Assembly (NCBI GenBank): GCA_000165345.1
Contig: CM000432.1
Span: 480,001-544,000 of the forward strand
DNA length: 64,000 nt
Direction of reading: 5' to 3'
Shown: positions 62,681 to 64,000 of the stretch, piece after piece
Position numbering within the stretch: position 1 is the first letter of the stretch
Layout: each line of letters begins with the position of its first letter
Notes under the pieces: model-generated
The model's database searches: none
What the model saw: the letters and a program-made list of their open reading frames with translations, nothing else
What the model was told of the DNA's origin: nothing
Made by a program: the position numbers and the translations under genes

Positions 62681-63613
62681 TCAGTCAAATAATGAAAAAC
62701 CTAAATCACCCTCTTCTTCTTCTTCTTCCTCTACTGGGGCAGACGCGCCAACAGCGGTTGTATTATCAGCTGCTGTAGAGGCAGCAACAAATGAAGAGGG
62801 GTTTGCTAATGCATTTTTAATGGCTTGCATTTCTGGGAAGTCGAAATCAACATCCAAACCAAGCGCAACGCAGTTCCTGAATGAAGAAATAATGCCGTCG
62901 CGAGCAGAAGGCAGAGTCGGTATAGCCGTTTCTTTTGAGAATGCAGCAACATATTTGGTTGCCTCAGCGACTCTAGAAATTAAGTCTTCTGATGTAATAT
63001 CAAGAACGGATGAACTGTAAACACTACCATGGTCATAGATATTGTTAACTTTAAGTCCATAAGAAAATGGTTTGATGTTAAGCTTCTGCAACAAGACTGC
63101 TTGTGAAGCCGTAACTTTCTTCCCCTCATCTATTAAATTAACATCAGATTGGATCTCAACCTGACCCTTCACAATCTTTGTGGCAATTCCGAGGGCCTGG
63201 AAAAACGAAGTTTGAGATGGATCCAATCCAGTAGCTCCAGCTGGAACTACAACATTGCATGGTGCAATTACACCTTGACGTGCAGGTGCAGGTACTCTGT
63301 ATTCTTCTATAATCTTCCTTACCTCAGACGGCTCATCAATACAAAAAATTAGTCCGACATTCAAGCGAACCAACTCTATGAGCTTCTCTAATTCCGGATG
63401 AGAACCAAGCATCTGCTTTAGAGCAGTTCTTATCATGGTATTTTTTCCCATCAAAACTGCTGCTTTGCCTCTTAATGCTAGACGGATGTCTGCCATTTGC
63501 TTAGAACCAACATGGTCCGCATTTGCTACTAAAATTCTCGGGTAAGATGTAGCATATTCTGACAGGCGTTCGAAGTATTGCTTCTTCTTTGCTGCTTTCT
63601 CTGGAGATGGCAT
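62681..63613 (-). CDS. RPLP0: 60S acidic ribosomal protein P0 (uL10)
   Basis: MPSPEKAAKKKQYFERLSEY...ILVANADHVGSKQMADIRLALRGKAAVLMGKNTM...C-terminal EEEEEEEGDLGFSLFD is the acidic P-protein tail. Start taken at ATG 63613 (the track's 63637 start is a non-ATG extension). Confidence 0.9.
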   Translation of the reverse strand: MPSPEKAAKKKQYFERLSEYATSYPRILVANADHVGSKQMADIRLALRGKAAVLMGKNTMIRTALKQMLGSHPELEKLIELVRLNVGLIFCIDEPSEVRKIIEEYRVPAPARQGVIAPCNVVVPAGATGLDPSQTSFFQALGIATKIVKGQVEIQSDVNLIDEGKKVTASQAVLLQKLNIKPFSYGLKVNNIYDHGSVYSSSVLDITSEDLISRVAEATKYVAAFSKETAIPTLPSARDGIISSFRNCVALGLDVDFDFPEMQAIKNALANPSSFVAASTAADNTTAVGASAPVEEEEEEEGDLGFSLFD

Positions 63614-64000
63614 AGTTAATGCTTTACAATTTAACAATTATTTGATACTTGTGGAGACTGTCAGAGCCTTGTGCCTGTTCAATCAATTTAACCACAAGCA
63701 AAAGTTATTCAAGATAAATAAATCTTCAGCTTGGATTGAAATAAATTCCCAAAGATTGGTCTGCGAGACACCCGTCAAAGACAGCCAATTAAAATTTAGC
63801 ACCTGAAGAGACGGCGGGAAATTGCTTAATAAAAGATTATACAAATTTTTGTTCAGAACAAACACTAATGAAAGAAAATATGATTGTATCAAGTGACTTA
63901 TAGTTGCGTTGTAATTCAACAACTTGGATTTCAAAGTAGTAATTTTTGCATCTAATTCAATTAAATTTGTTAAATTTCGGTAGATTTTGTATTCGCTTTA

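Noticed and set aside
63683-63934. ORF 63683..63934(-) upstream of the P0 gene
   Set aside because: It has a hydrophobic low-complexity translation and lies within the P0 5' flank, so it is likely non-coding. The window ends at 64000, so context is incomplete.

Overview
This window is AT-rich (roughly 28-32% GC by eye) and gene-dense eukaryotic nuclear DNA, not prokaryotic. It uses the standard genetic code. Genes alternate strands with about 1.8 kb per gene, and many carry ultra-short spliceosomal introns (41-69 nt, GTAAGT/GTAAT donors, YAG acceptors). I can support about 36 protein-coding genes plus one tRNA-Leu(CAA).

Recognisable products: exosome Rrp46/EXOSC5, UBA5, two TBC Rab-GAPs, RRP1/Nop52, CDC73, a VID27-like protein, CenH3, ATG5, a PCF11-like CID protein, an XRCC3-like Rad51 paralog, a cyclin, a DHHC palmitoyltransferase, a SET-domain methyltransferase, PIG-A, cathepsin C, a PX-domain protein, a Cdt1-like factor, RNase H2A, a membrane-anchored pepsin-family aspartic protease, SMC2, an adaptin large subunit, PDCD5, PPCS and ribosomal P0.

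At least 11 genes are fragmented or missed by the ORF track because of introns. I rebuilt these by hand: CenH3, ATG5, RNase H2A, the XRCC3-like gene, VID27 5' exon, PCF11 5' exon, the signal-peptide exon of the (GMP)n repeat protein, a small 3-TM protein, a coiled-coil protein and a small basic protein.

The most interesting signals are:
- a type-I membrane protein whose cytoplasmic tail is about 30 tandem GMP/GGMP units;
- an exact shared 12-mer AGTGCATGCATT followed by TTTAGGCGG in the promoters of both secreted/membrane proteases;
- TGCATGCA and E2F-like TTTGGCGC/TTTTAGGCGG GC-islets in otherwise AT-rich intergenic DNA, sitting upstream of replication and chromosome genes (Cdt1, SMC2, CenH3, XRCC3-like, cyclin). 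This motif vocabulary resembles that reported for apicomplexan, Cryptosporidium-like promoters.

The taxonomic assignment (alveolate/apicomplexan-like protist) is an inference, not verified. All homology calls are from remembered family signatures only; no database search was possible.
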